A stretch of 64,000 nucleotides of DNA, from assembly GCA_037189525.1 (NCBI GenBank), contig JBBCJC010000005.1, positions 608,001-672,000 of the forward strand, given 5' to 3'. Shown piece by piece: positions 56,077 through 64,000 of the stretch. The notes beneath the pieces were generated by a model. The model was not told the origin of the DNA, did no database searches, and worked only from the letters and a program-made list of their open reading frames with translations. The stretch is from Gemmatimonadales bacterium (GTDB lineage: Bacteria > Gemmatimonadota > Gemmatimonadetes > Gemmatimonadales > GWC2-71-9). The number at the start of each line of letters is the position of its first letter. Positions within the stretch are counted from its first letter, which is position 1. The translations under genes and the position numbers were made by a program.

Positions 56077-56742
56077 ATGATCAATCGCGCAACTCTCGGC
56101 ACCCTGGCGCTCGGTGCGCTGCTCGTCGCCGCGCCCGTTTCGGCCCAGACCGGCCTTGCCGTTCGTGCCAGCACGTTAGGCCTGGGCGGCGAACTCTCGT
56201 TCCGCGCCACGCCGTCCGTCAGCATTCGCCTCGGGGGCAACGCCTTGTCGCTCACCCGCGATATGACCGTCGACGACATCGACTATCAGGTGGAGCCCGC
56301 CCTCAAGAGCGCCACCGCCATCCTGGACGTCCATCCGCTCGGCGGAGGATTTCGCATCTCCGGCGGTCTGGTTTGGAGCGACAATCGAGCCGACATCGAA
56401 GCGCGCCTCAACGGCCCGATTACGATCGGCAATCGCACCTACACGCCGGATCAGGTCGGATCGCTGACGGGTGGAGTCGAGTACGACAAAAGCCTGGCCC
56501 CCTATCTCGGCATCGGAATCGGCGGCGGCGGCAAGGTTTCGCTGCTCCTGGATGCCGGGGTCGTTTTCAGCGGCCATCCGACGGCCGCCCTCTCCGGGAC
56601 CACCAACCTGACCGGACCGGAGCGCGACATCTTCAATGAAAACGTCGAACGCGAAGTTGCCGACTTCCAGGCGGAAATCGACAGTCGCTCCTACCTCAAG
56701 TTCTATCCGGTCGTTTCGCTCGGACTCCGGATCCGCCTCTGA
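56077..56742 (+). CDS. Outer-membrane beta-barrel protein
   Basis: Signal peptide; ASTLGLGGE; GFRISGG; APYLGIG; YPVVSLGLRIRL. Confidence 0.8.
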   Translation: MINRATLGTLALGALLVAAPVSAQTGLAVRASTLGLGGELSFRATPSVSIRLGGNALSLTRDMTVDDIDYQVEPALKSATAILDVHPLGGGFRISGGLVWSDNRADIEARLNGPITIGNRTYTPDQVGSLTGGVEYDKSLAPYLGIGIGGGGKVSLLLDAGVVFSGHPTAALSGTTNLTGPERDIFNENVEREVADFQAEIDSRSYLKFYPVVSLGLRIRL

Positions 56743-56752
56743 GATAGCAATC

Positions 56753-56786
56753 GCCCCGACAGCGGACACATCGTCGCTGTCGGGGC
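56753..56786. terminator. Hairpin between convergent genes
   Basis: GCCCCGACAGCG...CGCTGTCGGGGC 12-bp stem. Confidence 0.65.
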
Positions 56787-56858
56787 ACGTGTCAGGTGCG
56801 GTTGAAGCGGCTGGCCATCCAGGCTGACATAGCCAATCCGCTCGAGTTCGGCACCGAG

Positions 56859-58280
56859 TCAACCTTCGCCCATTGCCGTCCGCGCTCGCTCCGCCTCACC
56901 GACGGAGGCCCGCGCGGCGGCGCCGCTCCGCCACGCAACGACGCCGAAGAGAGTCCAGGCAAGGATCACGAACCACTCGAGCGGAAACGCACCTGCCGCA
57001 TCGACCCAATGCTGGCGAAGCTGGCCAATCAGGAGAAACAGGCTGCTCAACGCAGCCAGCACGGCCACCAGCGGCCCGGCCGGCAATCGGTACGGCCGCG
57101 GCCGATCGGGATCGACCCGCCGGAGACGCGGCAGCGAAAGCGACGTGAAAAAGTAGGCCAGTGACGCGGCGGCCGACCCTACGCTCACGATCGGAATGAC
57201 CCCACTCCGGCCGAGAAAACTCGCCAGCAGACCGAACACGGTAATGAACCCGATCGCCATCACGGGCGCCCCCGTCTTTGGGTCCAGTTTCCCGAATGCC
57301 GGGCCTACCATCCGCGACCGGCTCAATGCAAAGAGCAATCGGGACCCCGCCAGCGATGCGCCATTGCCGACCGTGATGATGCCGAGAACGCCGGTGACGA
57401 GCACCAGCCGAGTCAGAAACTCGTTACCGAATCGGAGCCTGAACGCCGAGGCGGCCGGCAGTTCCTGCGCAAGAATCGGCTGCCATGGCGTCACCATCCC
57501 GATGGCCAGCGCCGCCACCGCGTAATAGACCGCCGCAGCCAGGATGACCGCGACGACCATGAGGCCGAGCATCCGGGTCGAGGTTCCGGGGCTGCGCTCT
57601 TCGAAGAGCTGGGGGATCTCACTGAAACCGCTCAGGAACCACGGAACGGTGACCGTGACGGCCAGAATCCCCGACCAGGTCGCCGCCCCGCCGGCCGAGC
57701 CGAAAGCCGGATCGAGATTGCCTAACGAACCGCCGAACAGGCCGGCCCCGATGAACACGAGCGAGAGGCCGATCTTCCCGTAGGTCAGCCAATCCTGAAA
57801 CTTGGCCGCGCCGTGTACTCCCCGATAATTGAGCAGTGCCAGCCATGCCGTCCATCCCAATGAAATCAGCAAGCTGACCAGATGGATGTCCTGGCCGCGC
57901 CATCGATAGAGGAACGGGCCTCGAAGCCCCGGGAAGAGGACATCGAGCATCCATGCCAAGGTGATTGCGATGTACGGCACCACGAACGTCAGCATCAGCA
58001 TGATGGCCCATCCGACCACGAAGCCGACCCGAGGCCCGAACGCGCGATCGACGTAGACCGCTTCACCACCGGCGACTGGATAAGCAGACCCCAGCTCCGC
58101 ATAGCAGAGCCCGACCAGCGCCATCAGCAGACCGCCGAACAAGAATGCGACGACGGTGCCGATCGGGCCGGCCTGCCCGAACCAGACGCCCAGGTAGATG
58201 ATCCACCCGACGCCGACGATGCCACCGAACCCGATCGAAAAGAACTGCACACCACCGAGTGACTTCTTGAGATCGGTCAT
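56859..58280 (-). CDS. APC-family amino acid permease
   Basis: LKKSLG; GGIVGVG; YAELGSAYPVAGGE; SRLLFALSR; RPYRLP; about 12 hydrophobic segments. Confidence 0.93.
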   Translation of the reverse strand: MTDLKKSLGGVQFFSIGFGGIVGVGWIIYLGVWFGQAGPIGTVVAFLFGGLLMALVGLCYAELGSAYPVAGGEAVYVDRAFGPRVGFVVGWAIMLMLTFVVPYIAITLAWMLDVLFPGLRGPFLYRWRGQDIHLVSLLISLGWTAWLALLNYRGVHGAAKFQDWLTYGKIGLSLVFIGAGLFGGSLGNLDPAFGSAGGAATWSGILAVTVTVPWFLSGFSEIPQLFEERSPGTSTRMLGLMVVAVILAAAVYYAVAALAIGMVTPWQPILAQELPAASAFRLRFGNEFLTRLVLVTGVLGIITVGNGASLAGSRLLFALSRSRMVGPAFGKLDPKTGAPVMAIGFITVFGLLASFLGRSGVIPIVSVGSAAASLAYFFTSLSLPRLRRVDPDRPRPYRLPAGPLVAVLAALSSLFLLIGQLRQHWVDAAGAFPLEWFVILAWTLFGVVAWRSGAAARASVGEAERARTAMGEG

Positions 58281-58325
58281 AGCGTCGTCGCGGCCGGATG
58301 AGGGGCGAGGGAAGTCAGGATGCGA

Positions 58326-59288
58326 TCAGTAACTGGACGGTGTGGCGGACAGACCAAGCATCCGGCGCGCTTCGGCCGGGGTTGCCACGCCGCGGTTGAG
58401 TTCCTCGGCCAGGTGAGCCGCGCGAGCGACCAGCTGCGCATTACCCGTGGCCTTCTGTCCGCGGCGGAAATAAACATTATCCTCGAGTCCGACCCGCACA
58501 TGACCGCCAAGCAGGATGGCGAACGTCGTCATCGGCAGCTGGTGCGGACCGATACCCGAGGTGAGCCAGAGCGTGTTCTCGGGCATTTCGCGCACCAGAT
58601 TGATGACGTTCTCGAAGGTCGGCCAGCTCGAAGTCTGATAACCCATGACCGTCTGGATCCAGTAGGGAGCTTCGAGTACGCCGGCCTGGATCAGATCTCG
58701 CATGACCCACGGACCGCCGCTGTGGTAGGTCTCGAGTTCCGGCTTGACGCCCCACTTCTTCATTTCCGCCGCAAAGCGATTGACCAGGCGATAGCTGAAG
58801 GGCAAACACTCGTCGTAAACGACTTCCTCCCGCGGATACGGCAGCGGCGGCTTTCGCGCCGCCAGTTTGAACTTGCTCATGTCGGGAGTCAGGTTGAGTG
58901 ATGCCACCTCCGGCCGAGCCGGGAGACATTGCAGCCGTTCCTCCATCGTCATGTCCGGCCCGCCGCCGGTCGTATTGTTGATGATGATCTCGGGGCACCG
59001 CTCCCGAATTTTCCGGTTGACCTCGAGCCAAACTTCGGTCGTCGTCGCCGGCCGCGTCGTATTTTCCGGGTTCCGCGCGTGGACATGGACCATCGACGCT
59101 CCGGCCTGGTACGCTTCGTACACCGAATCCGCGATTTCATCGGCCGTTTCAGGCAGATGATCGTTGGACTCTTTGCCTTGGACACCGCCGTTACAGGCGC
59201 AGACGATGATGACCGGCGGCATCTTCCCGACGCGCTCGAGATATTCGTACGTATCCGCGTAGCGCCAGAGATAATCGTAGTTCGACAT
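58326..59288 (-). CDS. Beta-keto acid cleavage enzyme (BKACE / DUF849, Kce family)
   Basis: VIIVCACNG; AGASMVHVHAR; NNTTGGG; KPELE; GGHVRVGLEDN; start at ATG 59288. Confidence 0.93.
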   Translation of the reverse strand: MSNYDYLWRYADTYEYLERVGKMPPVIIVCACNGGVQGKESNDHLPETADEIADSVYEAYQAGASMVHVHARNPENTTRPATTTEVWLEVNRKIRERCPEIIINNTTGGGPDMTMEERLQCLPARPEVASLNLTPDMSKFKLAARKPPLPYPREEVVYDECLPFSYRLVNRFAAEMKKWGVKPELETYHSGGPWVMRDLIQAGVLEAPYWIQTVMGYQTSSWPTFENVINLVREMPENTLWLTSGIGPHQLPMTTFAILLGGHVRVGLEDNVYFRRGQKATGNAQLVARAAHLAEELNRGVATPAEARRMLGLSATPSSY

Positions 59289-59320
59289 CGATTGGGCGAT
59301 TCTGGTCTTGAGGGTGAGCG

Positions 59321-60385
59321 TTACGATCGGACCGCTCGGCGAGACCGGCGGTCCGAGGTTCGTGATTGTCGAATCCTGCCGGACGACGAGCGCTGCCCGG
59401 ATTTGAGCGACCGAATCGCCTCGACCAGTCGATCCCGGCGGGTCCGCTGCGCCGCCAGCGGTTCGGGCGCCAGCCGCGCGGTCTCCCGACCGATCCGTCT
59501 GAGTAACAGCCGATCCAATCGTACTGCATCGTTCAAATCCCGCCAGAGCCCGGCGTAGGACGGGCCATATCGGGTGAAATACTCCTCGACGCCATCGTCG
59601 GCATTGGTGTTGGCGACCCCGAACGGCCCCATCAACGCCCATCGGAGACCCAGACCGCTCCGAATCGAATCCTCGACGGCCAGGACATCGCAGACGCCCC
59701 GCGCCACCAGATCGAGCGCCTCTCGAACCAGCGCGGCCTGCATCCGGTTGAGCACGAAGCCGGGAACGAACTTGCGGAGCAGCACCGGCGTCTGCCCCAG
59801 TTCGCGCATGAACCCCACCACGTCACGAACGACACCTGGCGCGGTCCGTTCCCCGCCGAGAATTTCCACCGCGGGGATGACGTGGGGCGGATTGACAGGA
59901 TGGACCACGAGGCAGCGGCGCGCTCCGGGCAGACTGCGGGCAATTTTCGTCATGTCGATTGCGGAGGTACTGCTCCCGATCACCGCACCTACCGGAGCTA
60001 TGCGATCGATGGCGCGATACAGCGCCCGTTTGATATCGAGCGACTCGGGGCCGTTCTCCTGGATGTAGTCGACATCGGCCAACGCCTCATCCAATGATGC
60101 AGACGGATGGACACGGGCCAGCATCGTCTTGGCTTTGGCCACAGACAACGCACCGCACGCGACCCGCTCCGCGAGATCATCGCGCAACCACGCGAGCGCA
60201 CTCGCAAGGCGGGCGGGATCGGCATCGAACACTCGGACCCGGCACCCGGCGCGGGCAAAAACCTGCACCCAGCTCCGGCCGATGACACCCGCACCGATCA
60301 CGGCAACGGATCGGAATCGCGGCCTTCCACGCGCACGCCGTTTTCCCGCACGCGGACGTACTACGCGCTCAGCAGTTTTCGTCAC
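59321..60385 (-). CDS. 3-hydroxyacyl dehydrogenase family protein (L-carnitine dehydrogenase / lambda-crystallin-like)
   Basis: IGAGVIGRSW; QENGPE; GSSTS; HPVNPPH; GFVLNRMQ; GLGLRWALMGPF. Confidence 0.9.
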   Translation of the reverse strand: MTKTAERVVRPRAGKRRARGRPRFRSVAVIGAGVIGRSWVQVFARAGCRVRVFDADPARLASALAWLRDDLAERVACGALSVAKAKTMLARVHPSASLDEALADVDYIQENGPESLDIKRALYRAIDRIAPVGAVIGSSTSAIDMTKIARSLPGARRCLVVHPVNPPHVIPAVEILGGERTAPGVVRDVVGFMRELGQTPVLLRKFVPGFVLNRMQAALVREALDLVARGVCDVLAVEDSIRSGLGLRWALMGPFGVANTNADDGVEEYFTRYGPSYAGLWRDLNDAVRLDRLLLRRIGRETARLAPEPLAAQRTRRDRLVEAIRSLKSGQRSSSGRIRQSRTSDRRSRRAVRS

Positions 60386-60388
60386 ACA

Positions 60389-63300
60389 TCAATTCCATGG
60401 TGGGAGATAGGACGCGCGCACCGACCACAGCGTAGCCAGCGTCGCGCCGTCGTAGAGCCAGCCGCCTTTCATCACGTACGCGATGTCGGCAGTATGGCGA
60501 ATGTCGGTGAGCGGATTGCCGTTGAGGACGACCAGATCGGCCAGCTTGCCCGGAACGATCGAGCCGAGTTCGGATTCGAGACCAATGAAACGGGCGCCGT
60601 GCATGGTTCCAACTGTCAGCACTTCGAGCGGCGTCATCGCCTCGGCCAGCGCCCACGCTTCCCAGTGGGTTCCGATGCCGGGCTGTTCTCCGTGCTCACC
60701 CAGACCACTGTACGCCCCGGCACGCAGCAGTTCCGCCGCCGTCTCCGCCATGAACGGAAAGGAGAACTCGGACTTGGGAAGCACCCGTTCGCCGGCCGTC
60801 ATCCGATCGAGGAGTGCGCGGGGGAAGAACCGCAGATACTTGGGATCCCGATCGAGCCCGGCTCGGGGCCGGAAGTAGGTCTTGGCGCCGTGGACGTGCC
60901 CGGCCACGATGACGGTCGGCGGATTCTGGATGCCGGCCTGGCCGAAGAAGGTGATCACGTCTCGATAGACCGGAAACGGGGCGACCAGGTGCTCCCAGCC
61001 GGTCTGACCATCCAGCGCCAGGCCGACATCGAAATAGAGCGGCCCGCCCTCTCCTGTCTGGGTAATCCCTCGCCTCCGGGCGGCCTGCAGCAACAACTGA
61101 TGCTGGCGCCGCGAGGTCTGGCGGAAATTCTTGATACTGACCGCCCCCTGATCCTCCCGCCGGTCGATCTCGAACGACGCTTGCTCCGCAGTTGCGATCT
61201 CGACCTGGTCGCCCCAGGCCATGCCGCTGGTGATCAGGACATCGGCGGTCGTATAGGTCCGCGGTCCGACGATCCGCCCGGCATCGATCAACTCGGCGAG
61301 CGGAAAGACCGAGCGTGACACCGCCGCCGGATCGACGATCGTCGTGACCCCGTACGCCAGCGCCGATGCGGACGCCGGACGATGACGCGGAATCACCCCG
61401 CTCGGCTCCGAGGTGTGATGGGCGTGCACGTCGACCAATCCCGGGATGATCGTCTTTCCCCGCAGATCGATGACGCGGGACACGCCGGTGGTATCACAAT
61501 CGCCGACACAAGTGATCCGCGCTCCTCGGACCACGACGGTTCCCGACGGGATGACACGGTCGCCGTCGATCGTGATGATTCGGGCGCCCGTCAGGGCAAT
61601 CGCTCCGGACGGTAGCGGTCTCGGTACCTCGAGGACGACCGGTACCACCGTCACCGTACCGCGTCGCACGTCGTAAGTGATGTAGCGGTCGGCGCTGCTC
61701 ATTTCGAGCGTCGTGGCATCGCGCCACCCGGCGTAGCTGCCACCCAACGAACCCACCCGAGTGCGCCCCGGTATCTCGACGTTGGGATCGGTCGAGATGA
61801 TCACGTTAGGCGAAGTGAGCGCATGGAGGTCCTGAACCCAGACACTCCCGGCGGCTTCAAACGCAAGCCAGCGGCCGTCGGGTGACAGCGCCGGATACGG
61901 AAAGGCACCCGCTCGCCGCGCAGGAAGCGTCGCGACCAGCGTCGGCTCACCGCCGGCCAACGGGACCCGACGCACCTGAATCACCTGTCGAAGTGCCTCG
62001 TCGGAAGGGAATGGCCGATAGAGACTGCCTAGACCGGCCGCGTTCTCCATTTGATCCGCGATGCTCAGATCGGCACCCAGGATCGACAACTCGCGCGGCT
62101 CGCGAACCTGACCGAGCGGCGCGCCAATCATGCCATCCGTACCAACCGATACGATCTGCCACTCGCCTGCGGTGTTCCAGCCGTTCCATTCGGGCGGACG
62201 AGCCCCAGGGCCGCGCATCACGAACAGACGACCATCGGCCGTGAGCACCGGCGCGTAGTACTCCGCGGGATCGCGCGTCATCCGAACGGGAGTTCCACCC
62301 GATGGTGAGGCCGTCCACACCTGGCCGCGCGCCCGATCATCCCAGGTGACAAACACCAGACGATCTCCATCCGGCGACCATCGGGGCGTCAGAACCACGC
62401 CGGTGGTCGAATCTCCAGCGAGATGCCGCGGTGCGCCCGACGGCAGATCCATCACCCAGAGCTGCCCGACCGCGACGAATGCCAGTTGCTTTCCGTCCGG
62501 AGAACCCACGGGCCACTGAATGGCACGCGCCCGGAAACCGGAATCCGCAATGGTCACCCGGCTGCGAGGTTGCTCGGAAACGACCCGGTGCACCCGTGCG
62601 GAAAATGGGATGGTCGTCACGGTGCCGGTCGCAACCTCGACTTTCCGCAGCTTGCCGCCTTCGGACAGGACGATCGAGGCACCATCGGGAGTCCATGCAT
62701 ATGCAGGTACCGCGCGATACGCATACTGCGCATTCACCTGGGTCAGATCCTTGGTGATCGGCGCAATTACCCGCCGCTCGGCGCCGCTGCTCAGGTCACG
62801 TACAACCAATGCCGTTCGAGGTCGGAAGACGTGGCCGCGATACTCCATCGTTTCAGCCGGTTCCTCGATCGCAAACGCCATCCGGCGACCGTCTCGCGAG
62901 AGCACGGGAACCAGCGCAGCCGGAAGATCGACGCCGACATCCGCGGCATACCCGGTGTTCCGCAGTGCCTCGAGCGCCTCGGGAGACAGTTCCGCTGGAT
63001 CGCTGCTCCGCACGTTGTCCACCCGGCCGGACGTCAGTTCGAGCCGTTGGATCCGATGACCGGCGGTCAGCAGACCCAACCCTTCACCGGTCGAGTACGA
63101 GACGTGGAAATAGAGAAAGCGTCCCGTCGAGTCGAACGCCGGCGCCTCATAGTGCATCAGCTGCCCGCCAAGCAGGCGCGCCGGCGGAGACCCGTCCAGC
63201 GGCAAACGCCAGAGCTCGGAAGTTTGCCGATGCCAGCCGCGACCCGGCGTCCGAAAGACGCGAACGGCCACCACGCTCCGGCCGTCCGGAGCCCATGCCG

Positions 63301-63727
63301 GATCGGTAAAGCGCGTCGCCTGGTCCGCAAAGATCGGTCTCGGCGCGCTGCCGTCGCTGTGCATTACCCAGACATTGTTCTGCCCGCCGCGATCGGAAAT
63401 GAAGGCGATGGACTGCCCGTCCGGCGACACCGCGGGATCGAAGTTCAGCGCATTGCCGCCCGATTCGGTGAGTGGCCGGGCCTCGCCCCCCTCGATCGGC
63501 AATCGATAGATCTGCGCCAGCAGATCGAATACGAGCCACGTCCCGTCGGGCGACACATCGACCGACATCCAGGTGCCCTCGTCTGTCGTGAAGTCGATAA
63601 CCCGGGTGACCCCCTGAGGCGGCAGCAGGCCGTCGGGCGTTACCGTTCGATCAGCCGGCGCGACCGGACGACACCCCAGCATCACGGCCAGCAGCGTGCC
63701 GATCGCCCCGATGATCCGTACCTTCAT
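60389..63727 (-). CDS. Lipoprotein PD40 beta-propeller + amidohydrolase fusion
   Basis: VMLG|C; FTTDEGTWMSVDVSPDG; GKTIIPGLVDVHAH; GSIVPGKLADL. Confidence 0.9.
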   Translation of the reverse strand: MKVRIIGAIGTLLAVMLGCRPVAPADRTVTPDGLLPPQGVTRVIDFTTDEGTWMSVDVSPDGTWLVFDLLAQIYRLPIEGGEARPLTESGGNALNFDPAVSPDGQSIAFISDRGGQNNVWVMHSDGSAPRPIFADQATRFTDPAWAPDGRSVVAVRVFRTPGRGWHRQTSELWRLPLDGSPPARLLGGQLMHYEAPAFDSTGRFLYFHVSYSTGEGLGLLTAGHRIQRLELTSGRVDNVRSSDPAELSPEALEALRNTGYAADVGVDLPAALVPVLSRDGRRMAFAIEEPAETMEYRGHVFRPRTALVVRDLSSGAERRVIAPITKDLTQVNAQYAYRAVPAYAWTPDGASIVLSEGGKLRKVEVATGTVTTIPFSARVHRVVSEQPRSRVTIADSGFRARAIQWPVGSPDGKQLAFVAVGQLWVMDLPSGAPRHLAGDSTTGVVLTPRWSPDGDRLVFVTWDDRARGQVWTASPSGGTPVRMTRDPAEYYAPVLTADGRLFVMRGPGARPPEWNGWNTAGEWQIVSVGTDGMIGAPLGQVREPRELSILGADLSIADQMENAAGLGSLYRPFPSDEALRQVIQVRRVPLAGGEPTLVATLPARRAGAFPYPALSPDGRWLAFEAAGSVWVQDLHALTSPNVIISTDPNVEIPGRTRVGSLGGSYAGWRDATTLEMSSADRYITYDVRRGTVTVVPVVLEVPRPLPSGAIALTGARIITIDGDRVIPSGTVVVRGARITCVGDCDTTGVSRVIDLRGKTIIPGLVDVHAHHTSEPSGVIPRHRPASASALAYGVTTIVDPAAVSRSVFPLAELIDAGRIVGPRTYTTADVLITSGMAWGDQVEIATAEQASFEIDRREDQGAVSIKNFRQTSRRQHQLLLQAARRRGITQTGEGGPLYFDVGLALDGQTGWEHLVAPFPVYRDVITFFGQAGIQNPPTVIVAGHVHGAKTYFRPRAGLDRDPKYLRFFPRALLDRMTAGERVLPKSEFSFPFMAETAAELLRAGAYSGLGEHGEQPGIGTHWEAWALAEAMTPLEVLTVGTMHGARFIGLESELGSIVPGKLADLVVLNGNPLTDIRHTADIAYVMKGGWLYDGATLATLWSVRASYLPPWN

Positions 63728-63826
63728 TCTTCCGCTCCTCGGGTCCGACGTGAGACCCAACGCCGTCCTTGTTGCCCCTGCGGGCCGACCTTACCTTCCG
63801 CAACACCCTCCACCGCTTGTCGAACC

Positions 63827-64000
63827 GTGACCGGAACCTGGAACCCGATTTCGACGTCGACCTTGAGCGATCGGGTCTATTCCGCGCTCCGCGACGGCAT
63901 TTTGCGCGGCGTCCCTGCCCCCGGCGAGTTCGTTCGGGAACAGGATGTCAGCGCTTCGCTCGGCGTCAGTCGCACGCCGGTGCGCGAAGCGCTGGCGCAG
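63827..64000 (+). CDS. GntR-family regulator (runs off the right edge)
   Basis: Manual translation: TLSDRVYSALRDGILRG...PGEFVREQDVSASLGVSRTPVREALAQ. Confidence 0.9.
   Translation, partial: MTGTWNPISTSTLSDRVYSALRDGILRGVPAPGEFVREQDVSASLGVSRTPVREALAQ

Noticed and set aside
58326..59288. Lysine fermentation Kce
   Set aside because: No kdd, kamA/D/E or kal genes; the neighbour is a carnitine-dehydrogenase-like gene.

Overview
High-GC bacterial chromosomal window. The gene content (many secreted PD40/amidohydrolase proteins, serine hydrolases, DUF5916 and small OM barrels, Uma2 protein) suggests a Gemmatimonadota-like diderm; this is inference only. I found no integrase, transposase, CRISPR array or rRNA. 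Left to right: a truncated His-rich tandem-domain lipoprotein with PD40 repeats (absent from the ORF track) behind Fur-like tandem boxes; an autoregulated ArsR-SRPBCC pair; a ~3,200-aa DUF11/SdrD-repeat surface protein translationally coupled to a ~1,190-aa predicted OM beta-barrel; DUF892, S8 peptidase, AbgT, creatininase, PD40-amidohydrolase, an RND pump, Uma2, serine hydrolases, an orphan ketosynthase with a large insertion, a dipeptidase, DUF5916, TauE, a Cys/Met PLP enzyme, a cyclophilin and TetR/SDR; three tRNAs (Thr-CGT, Leu-GAG, Arg-TCG); a copper/oxidase-assembly cluster (SURF1, SCO, CtaG, CopD) coupled to AlaX and PAP2; and a GntR-linked catabolic operon (PD40-amidohydrolase, carnitine-dehydrogenase/CRYL1-like dehydrogenase, BKACE, APC permease). 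The best candidate for an undescribed system is the giant repeat protein plus barrel pair, a possible dedicated export/anchoring system. All family calls come from motif recognition by eye, not database searches.
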